Shown: positions 52,701-64,000 of the stretch, piece by piece
How the letters are laid out: each line of letters opens with the position of its first letter
How positions within the stretch are numbered: position 1 is the stretch's first letter
Assembly (NCBI RefSeq): GCF_037042905.1
Contig: NC_087250.1
Location: 14,634,001-14,698,000 of the forward strand
Origin: Lytechinus pictus
Lineage: Eukaryota
Reading direction: 5' to 3'
Length of the DNA: 64,000 bases
Translations under genes and position numbers: made by a program
Notes under the pieces: generated by a model
Database searches by the model: none
What the model saw: the letters and a program-made list of their open reading frames with translations, nothing else
What the model was told of the DNA's origin: nothing

Positions 52701-53335
52701 TTCCCAGACAATTATGAACAATTTTGGTGTAATATGAGTTAATAAACTAAATGTTTACTGATAGGGATTTATGCTCCAATTGGCTCTCCATACTTAAACC
52801 ACAACTTTAAACCAGGGTTTAATTCAAACCCGAGTTCAGAATACGGGCCATAGTAAATCTTGATTTTCTTGGTCCAAAATAGTACAAATTGATGACACTC
52901 AAGTATATAGTTCACATTACTCACCCTTACCAAAGCTTTTGACAGGCTTTAATCCAGTCTCGAATGCAGTGAATCAGCCAATGGGATTCATGATTCACGG
53001 TCAACAAGCACAGTCAGATTCCCATCGCTTCATTTAATATGATTGACTGTCAGTATTCAATGGTACATGTACAGTTCTTGTATTAAAAAGGGATCCTTCT
53101 TGTATGTTCGGGGGTATTCATGAGTAAATCAAGACGTTTCGGTGAAGGGATTTACTGCAATTTTAATGATTATAATAAAAATAATGATAACGTCAGATAG
53201 AGTTCTGAGAGGACCACACCCTTGAGTGTTATGAAAACGCCAGAAGGCTTGAATGTACAGTAACACCAAATACTATAGTGTTAGAATAGAATTGGTTATG
53301 ATAACACTAAAGGGTGTTTAACAACATGTTCATGT

Positions 53336-53893
53336 ACACCATTACTTTAACACTGAAAAAGCTTGATGTGTTTTTCTTTGAACATTGGTGGAAAGTGTTT
53401 GTAGTTTGAACACTTTTATGTTATTGCAGTGTTGCTTTTATCTCAAGTTTCTTTGCTTTCAACACATTCTATGAGGTGTTTTAACACTATTTAATAATTT
53501 ACTATTTAATGTTATTTCAATCTCTGTGGTGTTTAACAGCTGAGGATGTGTTCATCTCTGGTGTTAATGGTAATGTTAATTAAATGCGATATCAGTTGAA
53601 GAATACATAATATATAGACCTACACCATTAATAACACTGAAAAGCTTGATGTGTTTTCTTTGAGCATTGTGGAAAGTATTTGTAGTTTGAACACTTATGT
53701 TATCACAGTGTTGTTGCTTTTATCTCAATTCTTTTTTGCTTTCAACACGTTCTATCAGGTGTTTTAACACTATTTAGTGTTATTTCAATCTCAGTGGTGT
53801 TTACTGTTTAATAGCTGAGGATGTATTCATCTCTGGTGTTTAAATGTTAATGTTAATTACAGTACATGCAATATCAGTTGAATAATACATAAT
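53336..53893. repeat. Tandem duplication of a ~285-bp unit
   Basis: ACACCATTA...AACACTGAAAAGCTTGATGTG...AATACATAAT at about 53336 and 53622. Confidence 0.9.
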
Positions 53894-54933
53894 GCAATGT
53901 ACCTCCAGTAAAGCCTCTACCAGCTTTAATAACATACCTGATTAAATATGAGTTTCATAAGGTGAGATACGCCCTTCAGGCATTAACGCATCAAGGTCCA
54001 TAAGCTTTGCATTTATTGCCCAAGGCTAAGTGACAGAAGAGCGTAAGCATATGTTTGCATATAATTTGTCTTCCGCTTCCAGGCATATTTGTTCGCAGCA
54101 ATGCTTGTCTTGAGTAAAAGATTAAAGAGGAAGTTCTTCTTTGAATTTCTTATGAAATGAATTAAAAACCTTATATTAAGCATTTCCTAATATTTTCTGA
54201 ATTATAATTAAAAAAATAAATAATTGCCCATATTTTCGTTCAGATACAAACTATTAGAAATATATCAGCCTTTGCTCTTGAAAATGGCAATGATAATATA
54301 TTTCAATATGCAAAGATATACCTTAAAGGTGAAAGAAAGTAGTTTCAGCAAACAATTATTTTATGAGAAATTCTTTTAAATCATGGTTAAATGTCACCAT
54401 ATTATTATAGATCTCGTTCTGTGACATTGAAATAACTTTACCTTTGTGAAATAATGAAATCTTAGCTGAAAACCGATAATTCTGATGATCACTAACACAA
54501 AAAGGCATATGTGGGAAAGTCTATTAATATTCTTTGGAAAATACCCGGTCTGGAATTACGTGTATGCTTATTTTGCTCATTTTTCAGCAAGTACATGTAT
54601 ATGTACACATTTTTTTTTTCAACAGCCATTTTTTATTAATATGCAAACTAGGGTGGCCATTTTATTGGATTTTGTTTGAACTCATTTTGAGATCGTTACC
54701 ACAGCTTGTATGAAAAAATCAAAATGTTATTCATACTCAATCATAGACAAAAGACAGATTCATTGCCAAGGAGAATAAGAGTGCATTTTAATATGGAGCA
54801 GGATTTCTCAATTTACTTGCTTGAATTTATCGGCTCGAAACCTTATAATCCTGGTGTCACTGTGTGGAACACGTGTATGTTTTACTATGGATCCCTCCCT
54901 CTTTTTCTTGAACATGAGATGGTTTCATCTAAA

Positions 54934-55200
54934 TGTCTAATAGTTATGACTCTCGTCTTTCAATCTGAGGGTTGTGGGTTCGATTCCCAGCCATGACGTG
55001 TTTTCCTTCAGCAAGAAATTTACCCACATTGTGTTGCACTCAACCCAGGTAAGGCAAATGCGTACCGGCAGGAATTAATTCCTCAAAAAGCTGTGAGCAC
55101 CGGTAGACTAGCTTTATAGCCAGGGTAATATAGGAGCTCCTTGAGCACCTAACAAGGTTGATACATGCACTGTATACAATAAATCCTATATTATTATTAT
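54934..55200 (+). mobile_element. tRNA-derived SINE, 5' degenerate
   Basis: B box GGTTCGATTCC, the shared central domain and an (ATT)n tail. Confidence 0.8.
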
Positions 55201-55854
55201 GTCATTGATTTCATCTGGATAGAATACTGGTATTAAAAATGTCTGCTTTTTCCATGTCAAATTTTGAGGAGAGTTTGGGATCAACCCTTTCAAGGATTGG
55301 CGCCTCCCAGCCGATTGAAATTACCATCCTCTAATCGTCATGGTAGCAAAGATGAAGAGTGTCGACCGGGGAGAAGTGCTCCGTTCACATGGGGTGACGC
55401 GTTATGTGTGTTTGAGAGAGAGAGAGACAGAGATTACAGAGAGAAGGGAATGGGTAGGGTTTTGGGGAGGGGGGGGGGGGTAGGAGGGGTGGGTGTGGTT
55501 GGGTAGGGTAGGAGGAGAGGGGTATTTGATATGTATTTCAAATATTGTTGTCCTTAATTATTAATTCCAATCTTGTGTGTTCTACTTTTCACCATCGATA
55601 ATCACTTTGATGAGGATTGTGTTTTGCATGAAAATTATTATTGTTATTTTATTTGGCACAAACAATAAGACAGAAATTAATAACAATGTAACTATTAAAA
55701 TAATTTTGATGTTTGAAGCACTCGAGTAGATAATTGCTTGATTAAAAATGGCTTCATGAAAGCATACCATGTTTTATTCTAACAATGCAATCTAAAAAGG
55801 ACTAATCCTTAAATGCAATCAATTTCAAATCCATGGAATGAAAAGAGAGATCAG

Positions 55855-56009
55855 AGCCCCGTTTCATTAAGAGTTACAACTGTTGTAACTTTGCCATTAT
55901 GGCAACTACCATGGTAACCTTGATTTTGATTGGCTGCTGAGCCCTGTTGCCATGGTAGTTGCCATAATGGCAAAGTTTCAACAGTTGTAACTCTTTATGA
56001 AACGGGGCC
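55855..56009. mobile_element. Near-perfect palindromic MITE
   Basis: GCCCCGTTTCATTAAGAGTTACAACTGTTG ... CAACAGTTGTAACTCTTTATGAAACGGGGC. Confidence 0.88.
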
Positions 56010-56154
56010 CCTAGTCTAAAATGAGACTACTAATGATTACTTCACACTATCTCGATGGTGCTATTAGAAAGTCTGCAGTGAGAGACTAGCAATCACTTAG
56101 CACCATCTTTACAGTGGGTACGGTGAAAGATGGGTGATACTTTTGTGTTCTCCA

Positions 56155-56295
56155 GGGCCCCTGTAACATAAAACCTAGCGATTGATCGCAGGGCTGACTT
56201 TAGCGATCGATCATACACAATAATCCATGCAATTATTCGTAGAAATAATCCCTGCGATCGATCTCTATTAAGCTTTATGCTACATGTATGGGCCT
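56155..56295. mobile_element. Palindromic MITE with CAG flanks
   Basis: CAG|GGCCCCTGTAACATAAAAC...GCTTTATGCTA(CATGTA)TGGGCCT|CAG. Confidence 0.7.
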
Positions 56296-58173
56296 CAGTC
56301 GTACAAGATGGATGACTGGATATTAATGTTTAGTTCAGATGGCAGGTGTGTTTACTTTTGAAGAGAGATGAAGAAAAGGAGAAGATATGGATGAGGGGGG
56401 GGGGGGGCAGTCGAAGAGGGGGGAGAAAAGGAGGATAAGGCCGGAGGGAGAGAGATACAGAGGGATATGTTGTGAGAGATAAGGTGAGGAGAGAAGGGGG
56501 GGGGGGTGTTAAAAGGGAGAAAGAAAAGGGAGTGGTCTAAAATAGATGATGAGAGAAGTGATGGAGGTGGGGGGGGGGGGTGTTAAAAGGGAGAAAGAAA
56601 AGGGAGTGGTCTAAAATAGATGATGAGAGAAGTAATGGAGGTTGGGGGGGGGGGGGTAAAGGGGTAGGGGATGTAGAGAGATAAGGGAGAGAGAATGGGA
56701 CTATTGGAGGGGGGGGGGAGGTGGGTAGGAGGAGATATTGAGAAATACATGTATAGGGGGTAGGGAGGTCCTTAACTGATATTTCACTGCAATTTTCTTA
56801 CACAAACAATTCATCAAATATTGCCAATTTGAAGAAGAATGAAGATCCAAAATTAGCCTCCCATTTGTTTGTGAAGAAATAAGACATACATGTAGCCGCC
56901 AGACAATAATTGACTCCTTTCTGTGTAGGATACCATGGCGTAAAGATAAATAGTGTCTGTGAATTATTTATGCATGGTATTAGAGAGAGACATTTTACGT
57001 CTCCGCCATTAAACTGCAAAGTTTACAACCGCAGTAAACAGGAGATAATTGGCTAGATGACTGGCTCTCCAGTTTTGATCATGCTGTGTTCATATCTACT
57101 TCTGATAATGTTCTTTTTAAAGTTCACATCCTCATGTAGCCAGTACTATTCGTCAGCTCCCTGTAGAAGAAGCTTTAATTGTCTGAATGTGGCCAACTCT
57201 TTTGATATATTTTTTTGAACTGCTGGCTTTATTTTTTTTTGTACATGTAGGTGACTTCTATACTGCTTTGAATTTTGTTGTGTATTTTTTATGATCACAA
57301 TGTAAGTGAATATTAGTATTCTCTTTTTAATTAGACCCTATGCTGTAATTAACACCACCAGCTGGTGCTATGAAAGAACCACACCCAAATACACCATTGA
57401 GTGTGAACATAACACCAAACAGATATAACACTAATGATATTTAAGAAGTACCCTGAATTTAACACTGGTGTAAAGTATGCGATGTTGTCCTTTGTCAACA
57501 CTTATAATGAAGCTTTTGAAACACTTGTTTTTGGAGTGTAATCCACGCACAGTTTGCCCTCAAGTGCTTATCTGTGTCAATGATTTTCAGTCTACTCGAT
57601 TTTTCATCTAGATTTTTCAGTATTTCTCAATTTGTTTCGCTGGTCTAAAGCTACATCATATACATGTACTGTATGAACTTCCAATGATGATATGGGAATC
57701 ACAATGTTTTTTTTTACCCGAAACCCCTGAAATCATGAATTATATATTCATGAATATGTGGACCAAGTCACAAATAGTGAAAATTTGACACAACATAAAA
57801 GCCATCATTCTTTAGCCTACACTACAAAACTGGAAAGCAAAATTTAATACAAAAGGTCTTGTCAGTATAAGACTAATGTACTGAGTTGAAATACAGAAAA
57901 TTTTGAATAAATATAAACTGGTCTTGTAGTAAAGACTAATGAACTGAGTTTCTGAGTTGGCGCAAATATTCACTGCTGAATGATATGCGCTGACCTGTAT
58001 ATTAGCTAAAACAACAACAAACAGAAAATTGTGAATAAATATAAAAAGGTCTTATCAGCAAGACTAATGGTAGGGTAGCATGAGACAGCTCATTACTGAA
58101 TGTAAGCAATGTTCTGAATCTTTGAATTAGCACTCTACTGTCTGGAATAGGACCATTTCACATCGGGCATTAA

Positions 58174-58351
58174 AGCTAGGGTTACACCGGAACCGAATCA
58201 GCTGCGAATTCATCCGAATACATGCATTCGGGTGGTTTCGGGAGGGATACTGGAACATTTGAAATCACCGAAACCGTCCGAATCAGACCGTATTTGGGCA
58301 GAATCGGTCCGAATCTATTCGGGGGAATTCGGTTTTGGTGTAACCCTAGCT
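58174..58351. mobile_element. Harbinger-like MITE with TAA TSD
   Basis: TAA|AGCTAGGGTTACACC ... GGTGTAACCCTAGCT|TAA, with internal CCGAA(T) repeats. Confidence 0.85.
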
Positions 58352-58984
58352 TAATTAAGGCAGTGTTCATATAATTAATGAATAGATATATAAGGTTAGA
58401 GCTAAAAGTCCAAAGTTGATTGCCCCCTTTTCACTATTAAAAGGGGGCAGTGTGAATGATAAATTTCAGCATTCATTTTATTAAAATCATTTTTCATAAT
58501 GCAGTGTTTGCTGAATGTGCTGAATAGCTGCATATTTTATGATGGTTGTATTTTCATCAATTTGAGACGTAAAATAAAGCAACTGCAAAGATGCCTGCTT
58601 CATGACACACGGTAACACAGTATTAAAAGTGAATATAAAAGTCTCTGAACTGTAACTCTTGTGAAATTGATTTATAAAGCAAAATAATAATTGAGGATTC
58701 TTTCTTACTATAAAAGAGCATAAAATGTGTGCATGTAAGTGGGGTAGTTCTTGAAAATAATGAAAAATACAGTTTTTCTTTTTTTTTATTACCCCCCCCC
58801 CCCCTGGTATTAACACATCTCTGTTTTCATCAAAATTATGATAAGGTGGTAGGAAATAGATTGCAACCATATACAATGCAAGAAGTTCTATCGAATAACG
58901 CTACCGTTCTGGGCCCCTTTCCATTGCTCAATATTATAATATTATCAACTGATGCTAGATATACTGAAAGAAGAGTCATGCGAT

Positions 58985-59275
58985 TCAGATGAGAGGCCAT
59001 CTTAAATTAACATATCCAACAAAAAGAAAACAGACCGGAGATAGAACATTCACCGTTGCATCCTCAATGGAATGGAACAAACTCCCTCTCACAATAAGAC
59101 AATCGGATCCCCAACAATTGAGTCCTTCAAGAAGTCCCTTAAAACCCTTTTGTTCTAGGCAACTGCCTTCATTTAATATGTCATTCTGATTTTTTGTTTG
59201 TATAAATAAGTTAACTGAAATTGTGAGCGCTTTGGGCCATGTGGGAAAAGCGCGTTATAAATGTTGAGTATTATT
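58985..59275 (+). mobile_element. 3' fragment of an L2-clade LINE
   Basis: Reads GDRTFTVASSMEWNKLPLTIRQ and, after a frameshift, SFKKSLKTLLF; tail GCGCTTTG...GCGCGTTATAAAT...TATTATT. Confidence 0.75.
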
Positions 59276-60932
59276 TCATTTCTCCGAAAATACTGTGAAG
59301 TGTATCTGACTGGAATACTCCCCAGGGAGTGGAGGATGTGCACACATTGTGCGCGGGAATGACTGATTGAATCCGATTACCGGGGTAATAATATATCTGT
59401 AAAGTGCTTAGGCACGTCGTCCCAATGAATTAAGCGCTATATAAAAGCGGATTATTATTTTTAGTGAATTTCCTGGAAACATTGTTTTGTTCCCCCTCAT
59501 TTTTGTATTCAAAATGCACATTAGAATGATTTCTCTTCATGATAATTAGATAATGCGATGCTTTGTTTGATTGATTAATTATCTTTGATTTGAAATTATC
59601 TTTAATTTAATAGAAAAATCAATTGCTTTTTACTATAAAAATATGAATAAATATAAAAAGTGTATATACAAAACTAGGCTTTAGACAGTGTAGTATGGAC
59701 AGTAATAGGGAATCTGGCAATCTGCATGATAAATTTATGGTCAGTTTGCATCCATTTATACAATGAGCAGGGGGAGCTTTTTCATGAAACAAATACCAAC
59801 TGATATTCACTGACTATTGTTATAAGCTACTGAAATGCATGCATCTGATTGGCTCAGAGCATGATAGTCGGTGAAATATCACTGATTATATAGTTTCATG
59901 AAACGCTCCCCAGTGCAAGGTCAAGATTGATAGAGACCTCGCTTTCACTACCCAGCTGAGCCGTTTGCCGAATACCTTTGATTGCAAACGTCGAAATATT
60001 TGTAATTAATTTTTCCTCCGAAGAGAACTCGCACGACAGATGGACAGTTATATTGCACAATTAATTAAGTCTGTCCTTGTACACTGTAATAAAACTTATA
60101 GTGTTAAGTGACACTTGCAGTGTTGACAAAGGACTGTAAAGCACTTTATTCCAGCGTTAGAATTCATGGTGTTTAATAGTTCAAAGCCCATCGATGTTAA
60201 TATCATTTTTTAAGCTCGAGATACAGATTACATGTAAATCAGGGTTTTTTTTTAATTTAAATAAGTTGCGCGCAATATAAAACGCATGACCGCATCATGA
60301 CGCGCACTATTACGTATTGATCAATAAGATTGCACGTTGCATATCGTCTGTATTTTAGTGCGACTCTAAGTCATACTTAACTCTTCGTGAAACATCTCCT
60401 GGTCTTGTATGCCACTCCACACCACAACCAATGTATTCATACACCAGTATGAAATTCATGGTGTTAGATTAACGCCGATATGTGTTATCAAGGAGTTACC
60501 AACACACTCCTTGGTGTTATAATACATTTTGTCCCTTATTTAAAAAGTATTTGGTGTTGTGTTCAAACTCAACACCAAATATTTTCAACACTTGAGGGAG
60601 TGGTCATCACAGGACACCGACGGGTGTTTTCTTCAAATAACACCTTAGTCTTACAGTGTAGTGCTTTCCTCATAGATTAGAGAGCTCTTGGGACAGATGG
60701 ACTGTTCTTGCACAATAAACTTTGTCCTTGTAGCTACAGCAATAAAATGTTCTGCTGTGTTTCTTATGAAAAAAAATTGACAGGTTGAGAAATATTTCTC
60801 AATTCATTCAGGATTTACAGTGTATACCATACTGCCTGAATAAATACAAATGATCAATACATGTATCTGCTTGCTAAAATTGTCTTGTTGTTTGGATAGA
60901 GTTCGCCTTTAAAATATGAATTCCTTTCCTTG

Positions 60933-61142
60933 GGGGTGTTTCACAAAGATTTAAGTATGACTTAGAGTCGCACTTAAATGTCTATTTGCATGGGGTATAA
61001 AAGGCATGACCGCATTGGTCAGATCATGCGAAGAGGATGTGCACTACTGCGTATCGATCAATAAGATTGCGCGTTGCATATCATGTATGCGTCGGCATTT
61101 AAGTGCGACTTAAGTCATACTTAGATCTTTGTGAAACTCCCC
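60933..61142. mobile_element. MITE; an inverted copy lies at 62735-62952 and a degenerate copy at 60240-60400
   Basis: GGGGTGTTTCACAAAGATTTAAGTATGACTTAGAGTCGCAC ... GTGCGACTTAAGTCATACTTAGATCTTTGTGAAAC. Confidence 0.88.
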
Positions 61143-62734
61143 CCTGATCTTGTATTTGTCGTTTCCATCCTCTCCAAATGCCATAGAAATTTCCAATTTT
61201 AAATATCACAGAAATATAAATGTGCCCCAAGCAATTTCCCTGAAACCTCTTCCTCTCAGCGAGGTTTATTGATATTTGATGTAAAGAAGTCTGATAGAAC
61301 CCCTTGTTGCCATGGAAACAAGAACATATGACTCAAGGCAAATTTATTAGAAAAAGTGTAGATTGATTGATTTTGATGTACTGTATGGGGCTATTAAAAT
61401 GTTGACTTTATTTCATGCTGCGCTATTGTAATGCGCACCTGCTCATTAGAGATGCTTTTATATTCATATTAGATTTTAATATTTCTAACTTTGAAATGTG
61501 CACCACAGTTTTAGTTGAATTACAGGAACTTTTTTGTCAACTTTGAGACGGTGATCTTAATTGAAGTAAAGAATACAAAAAATGAAAGAAATTGCCATCC
61601 TCCCTAATAAACAAACAAAAGTTAGAATAGGTGTTGAAGTGACATCTATTGGTCAACACCAATGATTAATTTACGCCTTCTTGGTACATGTATGGCATAT
61701 TTTGACACCTGAGTTTTTGCAGTGTTGATTACTGATTTACTATAAATAAAGCTATCAAATAATTTATCTGATCTAACCCTGTGGTGTTTAATACCTTGAT
61801 GTAAATGAGTTCACAATTTTCCAGTGTCAAGTAGAAAAAAAATCTGTGTTTCTAATTCAAGTACTAAACCAACAAAATAAAATAAATAAAAACCCCAAAA
61901 AGAGAGAAAAATTAACAATTATAAAAGTCACTCATAAAGGTGTTGGCATCACACCAAGGATGAATTTAAGCCATCTACGTGTTTCATCATATTTAACACC
62001 CAACTTTAAAGTGTTGATTGCTTGACTGCCGCTTTACCAACTAAGCTAGCATGCAACCTCTCCAATCTAGTGAAGACGAGTTAACGCCCTCAAGAATTCA
62101 AACATTGAAACTGAGAACGGTTATTCCAAAAATCAGAACTCCCGAACTCATCCGCTGCCCAGTATAAATTGTGTCCTTCCGATTCGAGTACACTTGACAC
62201 CGTCTAATTCATAGAACCATCTGATGTGTGGAACAGTATACACCTGAGGAATGAGAAGCATTAAATGTGTGCATACGACTAATCCGAAATGATGCAATCC
62301 ATGGGGTACATGATGGGGTTACCATGACGATACCTCATCAGAGACGGAGGGATGAAGGGGGCACTTTGGGATAATTTTGGAGGCAGTCGTCAGGTGGGGA
62401 TGACGATGAGTCGCCGTGAGTCATTGTGTCATCTTCGCTTGAAAACCGGTGATGTGTTCAAGCGAGTCAAGAGCATGCTAGCCTGTGTCAAAGGCTGAAC
62501 CATGTTTTGGTGATGCATGAGTCAGGTTTAGACTCTGTTCAAGTGACGAGTCTTCATATATAAAGTCAGCCTTTTTATTGTCTAGATAAAGAAGTAGTGT
62601 ATTGAAAAGTGCCTCCATATGTTATAAGGATTACAATTTTGATTTTATATCATGTCATGTCTGGGAAATTAGACCAAACTAAAATGTCATCAGAAGTCAG
62701 AATATTGGTACTGCTCTCAGTCAGTCAGTAATCT

Positions 62735-62952
62735 GGGGGGGGGGGGGGTTTCACAAAGATTTAAGTTAACTTAGAGTCGCACTTAAATGCTGACGCGTAC
62801 AAGATATGCAACGCGCAATGTTATTGATCAATACGCAGTAGTGCGCGTCCTCTTCGCATGATCTGACCAATGCGGTCATGCCTTTTATACTGCACGCAAA
62901 TAGACATTTAAGTGCGACTCTAAGTCATACTTAAATCTTTGTGAAACATCCC
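62735..62952. mobile_element. MITE, same family as 60933 in the opposite orientation
   Basis: Same TIRs; the internal sequence is the reverse complement of the 60933 copy. Confidence 0.88.
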
Positions 62953-63787
62953 CGTGGTTTCAAATCCGGTTCAGTCTCGGACTACTATACCAGTAGAATA
63001 TTGTTTGTGGTGTTTTTTTTTTACCACTTTTCTTTTATTTTCTTTGATGAACTCAATTTATATAATATCATTCTTGATATAGCCTCTGATTACATTCTAA
63101 AAACAGATCTTTCAAAAAATACATTCTGATTAGATTTTAAGATTATCACACTTTCGTGTAGTACAGATAAAATACATTTTTCAAACCATCGCAATATATT
63201 TTCGCATTCGAGTGTTACAAAATGAATTATTTTCAATCAGATTTATTGCTGCTTTTAGAATTGGAACTGGTTTTGAACTGCATGCATGAGGTTGGATGTT
63301 TTAAACTCTAAAAAAAAAACTGGACCCAAGATGTAGCCTTGAAGAAAGTACCTGTATAACAAACATAGAAAATATTTACTTTTTTGTAGCATGTCGATTC
63401 TTATCCTGTATGATATTAAAGCCATATCATTTTTCAGATACTTTTTATCATTCCTTATAAAAGTAGTTATATGTGACATCATGCTTTATTTGCTGATCAT
63501 CAACTATTTCAGTTTTTATGAAATCATAATTTGACCTTGCATTGTTCCATTTTTCTCCCTACTCCATTTTCTTTCATGCATTCCTAGCACCTGGACACAG
63601 AAAATCATAATCACTGGGAGCTTTGTGCCTACGTCATATCATTAGTGCTTCTCTAGCGCCCTCAAGTCTTGCGTTCAAGACCGGCGCTTACACATTATCA
63701 TATTGATTTTGTATGCTTCCATTTGAATTTCATTCCAATAAGCAGCTTCAGAGTTTTATTGCGCAATAGGAAGAGAACAACTTCTTG

Positions 63788-64000
63788 ATGGAAAATAGGC
63801 ATACTGACTCGGTGTTTATGAAAATTGACAATTCACCGCGCACCACACGTCCAAAACCAAGCATGTTCCAGACCGTATCAGGCGGAGGCAACTCACTTAA
63901 GTTCACAGAGGACACGCCCGAAGAGCGGGAGCGTCGTAGGAGGGTGCAGCAGGAGATGGCGGATGCCGCGAACTCTCCAAGGCGAGTCCCCAAAGGCAAG
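63788..64000 (+). CDS. Probable first coding exon of an unidentified protein (partial, open at window end)
   Basis: GC-rich open frame MENRHTDSVFMKIDNSPRTTRPKPSMFQTVSGGGNSLKFTEDTPEERERRRRVQQEMADAANSPRRVPKGK. There is an in-frame TAG upstream (63767) and a strong acceptor (pyrimidine tract + CTAG) at 63587. Confidence 0.6.
   Translation, partial: MENRHTDSVFMKIDNSPRTTRPKPSMFQTVSGGGNSLKFTEDTPEERERRRRVQQEMADAANSPRRVPKGK

Noticed and set aside
22555..56720. Numerous poly-G/poly-C runs as a G-quadruplex system
   Set aside because: Mostly parts of MITE termini or low-complexity purine tracts, with no specific organisation seen.
63748..63999. 83-aa minus-strand ORF
   Set aside because: Likely the shadow of the + strand exon, which has the acceptor and start context.

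Overview
Eukaryotic, intron-rich and repeat-dense animal DNA. The repeat style (tRNA-derived SINEs, TTAA and CWG MITEs, poly-G runs, (GAT)n arrays) suggests an echinoderm or sea urchin, but this is an inference. 338-14102 (+) holds the last six coding exons of an ACTL6/BAF53 (Arp4) gene. Its first intron carries a nearly intact antisense Penelope-like retroelement (RT + GIY-YIG, Neptune-type linker) with a candidate variant hammerhead ribozyme. 17-32 kb is CpG-rich intergenic DNA made of nested non-autonomous DNA transposons, including a 5.3-kb CACAGTG-terminated element. From about 32 kb the DNA becomes CpG-poor and looks like the long 5' introns of a second, unidentified + strand gene whose probable first coding exon starts at 63788 and runs off the window. 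The most striking unexplained signal is about 40 copies of TACATGTA (plus TACAGTA/TACTGTA) concentrated in that domain. Several are demonstrably insertions at TA sites, like Tc1/mariner excision footprints. All calls are by eye; no database searches were run.
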